From positions 9,288,711 through 9,312,710 of the forward strand of contig NZ_CP063849.1 of NCBI RefSeq assembly GCF_015277775.1: 24,000 nt of DNA. The letters are read 5' to 3'. The notes below the pieces were generated by a model. It did not search any database. It had not been told where the DNA came from and saw nothing but the letters and a program-made list of their open reading frames with translations. A program made the translations under genes and the position numbers. The first letter of the stretch is position 1; each line of letters opens with the position of its first letter. Of this stretch, positions 23,405 to 24,000 are shown in pieces. The stretch comes from Paludibaculum fermentans (GTDB lineage Bacteria; Acidobacteriota; Terriglobia; Bryobacterales; Bryobacteraceae).

Positions 23405-24000
23405 TCAGGTGCGGTAGCTGGCGTTGATGTCGATATAGCCATGGGTGAGGTCGCAGGTCCAGAAGCGGCAGGAGCCCTTGCCCTCGCCAGCAATGAGGAA
23501 GCGGATGCTGCAGTCCTTCTCGTCGAGCCTGGTCTTCAGGGCTGCCTCGTCAAACGGGGCGGCGAGTCCCCTGCGGCAAACTTTTACACCTTGCAGGAAG
23601 ATGTCGACCTGTTCGGGTTCAAAAGTCGCGCCGGAGTAGCCGGCCGCGCACAGGATGCGGCCCCAGTTGGCATCGCTGCCGGCGATGGCGGTCTTGACGA
23701 GTGGGGAGTTGGCGATGGCGCGGGCGATGCGGGTGGCGGAGGCCTCGTCCTTCGCCCCTGAGACTTCGATCTCGACGAACTTCTGGGCGCCTTCGCCATC
23801 GCGGGCGATCTGTTTGGCGAGGGACTGGCAGACCTCGTCGAGCGCGGCCTGGAACTCTTCCCGTTTGGGCCTGATGCCGCTGGCGCCGTTGGCCAGGACC
23901 AGCAGGGTGTCGTTGGTGCTCATGTCGCCGTCGACGCTGAGCCGGTTGTAGCTGCGGCCGACGGCCACTTTCAGGCAGGACTGGAGGACGGTGGGCGAGA
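23405..24000 (-). CDS. argJ: Bifunctional ornithine acetyltransferase / N-acetylglutamate synthase ArgJ, C-terminal part (5' end outside the window)
   Basis: ...SVDGDMSTNDTLLVLANG..., GEGA.KF.E..V.GA...A..IARAIANSPLVKTAIAGSDANWGRI..A.G, and the terminal ...CDLTHGYIDINASYRT are classic ArgJ motifs. The frame stays open to the window edge, so the ORF-track start at 23968 is not a real start. Confidence 0.9.
   Translation of the reverse strand, partial: SPTVLQSCLKVAVGRSYNRLSVDGDMSTNDTLLVLANGASGIRPKREEFQAALDEVCQSLAKQIARDGEGAQKFVEIEVSGAKDEASATRIARAIANSPLVKTAIAGSDANWGRILCAAGYSGATFEPEQVDIFLQGVKVCRRGLAAPFDEAALKTRLDEKDCSIRFLIAGEGKGSCRFWTCDLTHGYIDINASYRT

Noticed and set aside
1-24000. Search for CRISPR arrays, tRNA/rRNA genes, IS elements, integrases, toxin-antitoxin pairs or phage-defence cassettes
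   Set aside because: No repeat-spacer periodicity was seen. No intergenic gap exceeds ~110 bp, and none shows tRNA-like arms. No ORF has transposase, integrase, nuclease or defence motifs that I can recognise.

Overview
This is a dense, G+C-rich chromosomal window (about 60-65% G+C by eye, not computed). I call 24 protein-coding genes on both strands. I found no rRNA, tRNA, CRISPR array, transposase or integrase. The gene content suggests an Acidobacteriota (Solibacter/Bryobacter-like) genome, but that is inference only: an ADOP-type duplicated FtsX/MacB-like orphan permease, a PEP-CTERM protein, many signalling proteins, and long Arg/Pro/Gly-rich antisense shadow ORFs.

Gene order:
- pmbA 3' end, a small membrane protein, a REC-TM-unknown-domain protein and DUF167, all on the plus strand.
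- Convergent with these, a minus-strand pair: an SDR oxidoreductase followed by a Tat-exported heavy-metal-binding-domain (HMBD) protein.
- A divergent tartrate/isopropylmalate-dehydrogenase-family gene.
- cheY-cheX-cheW, then the ADOP permease, then the PEP-CTERM protein.
- A convergent PDZ-polytopic-GAF-PP2C phosphatase.
- Divergent selD-pyrF-DUF2203.
- A hybrid histidine kinase, a DUF507-like gene and rbsK.
- A minus-strand run: argJ (partial), VOC/glyoxalase, MFS, TPR and a large polytopic membrane protein.

Most notable observations:
1. selD is truncated in the ORF track by an in-frame TGA at 12900-12902. This TGA aligns with the catalytic Cys/Sec position of selenophosphate synthetase and is followed by a SECIS-like hairpin, so the gene is best read as a selenoprotein starting at ATG 12864.
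2. A complete receiver domain runs through a signal-peptide-like TM helix into a ~400-aa domain I cannot assign to any family. That places the output domain outside the cytoplasm.
3. Several unusual signalling architectures and gene couplings are listed below.

I see no clear defence island or mobile element. Functional calls rest on motif and family recognition from memory, not on database searches.
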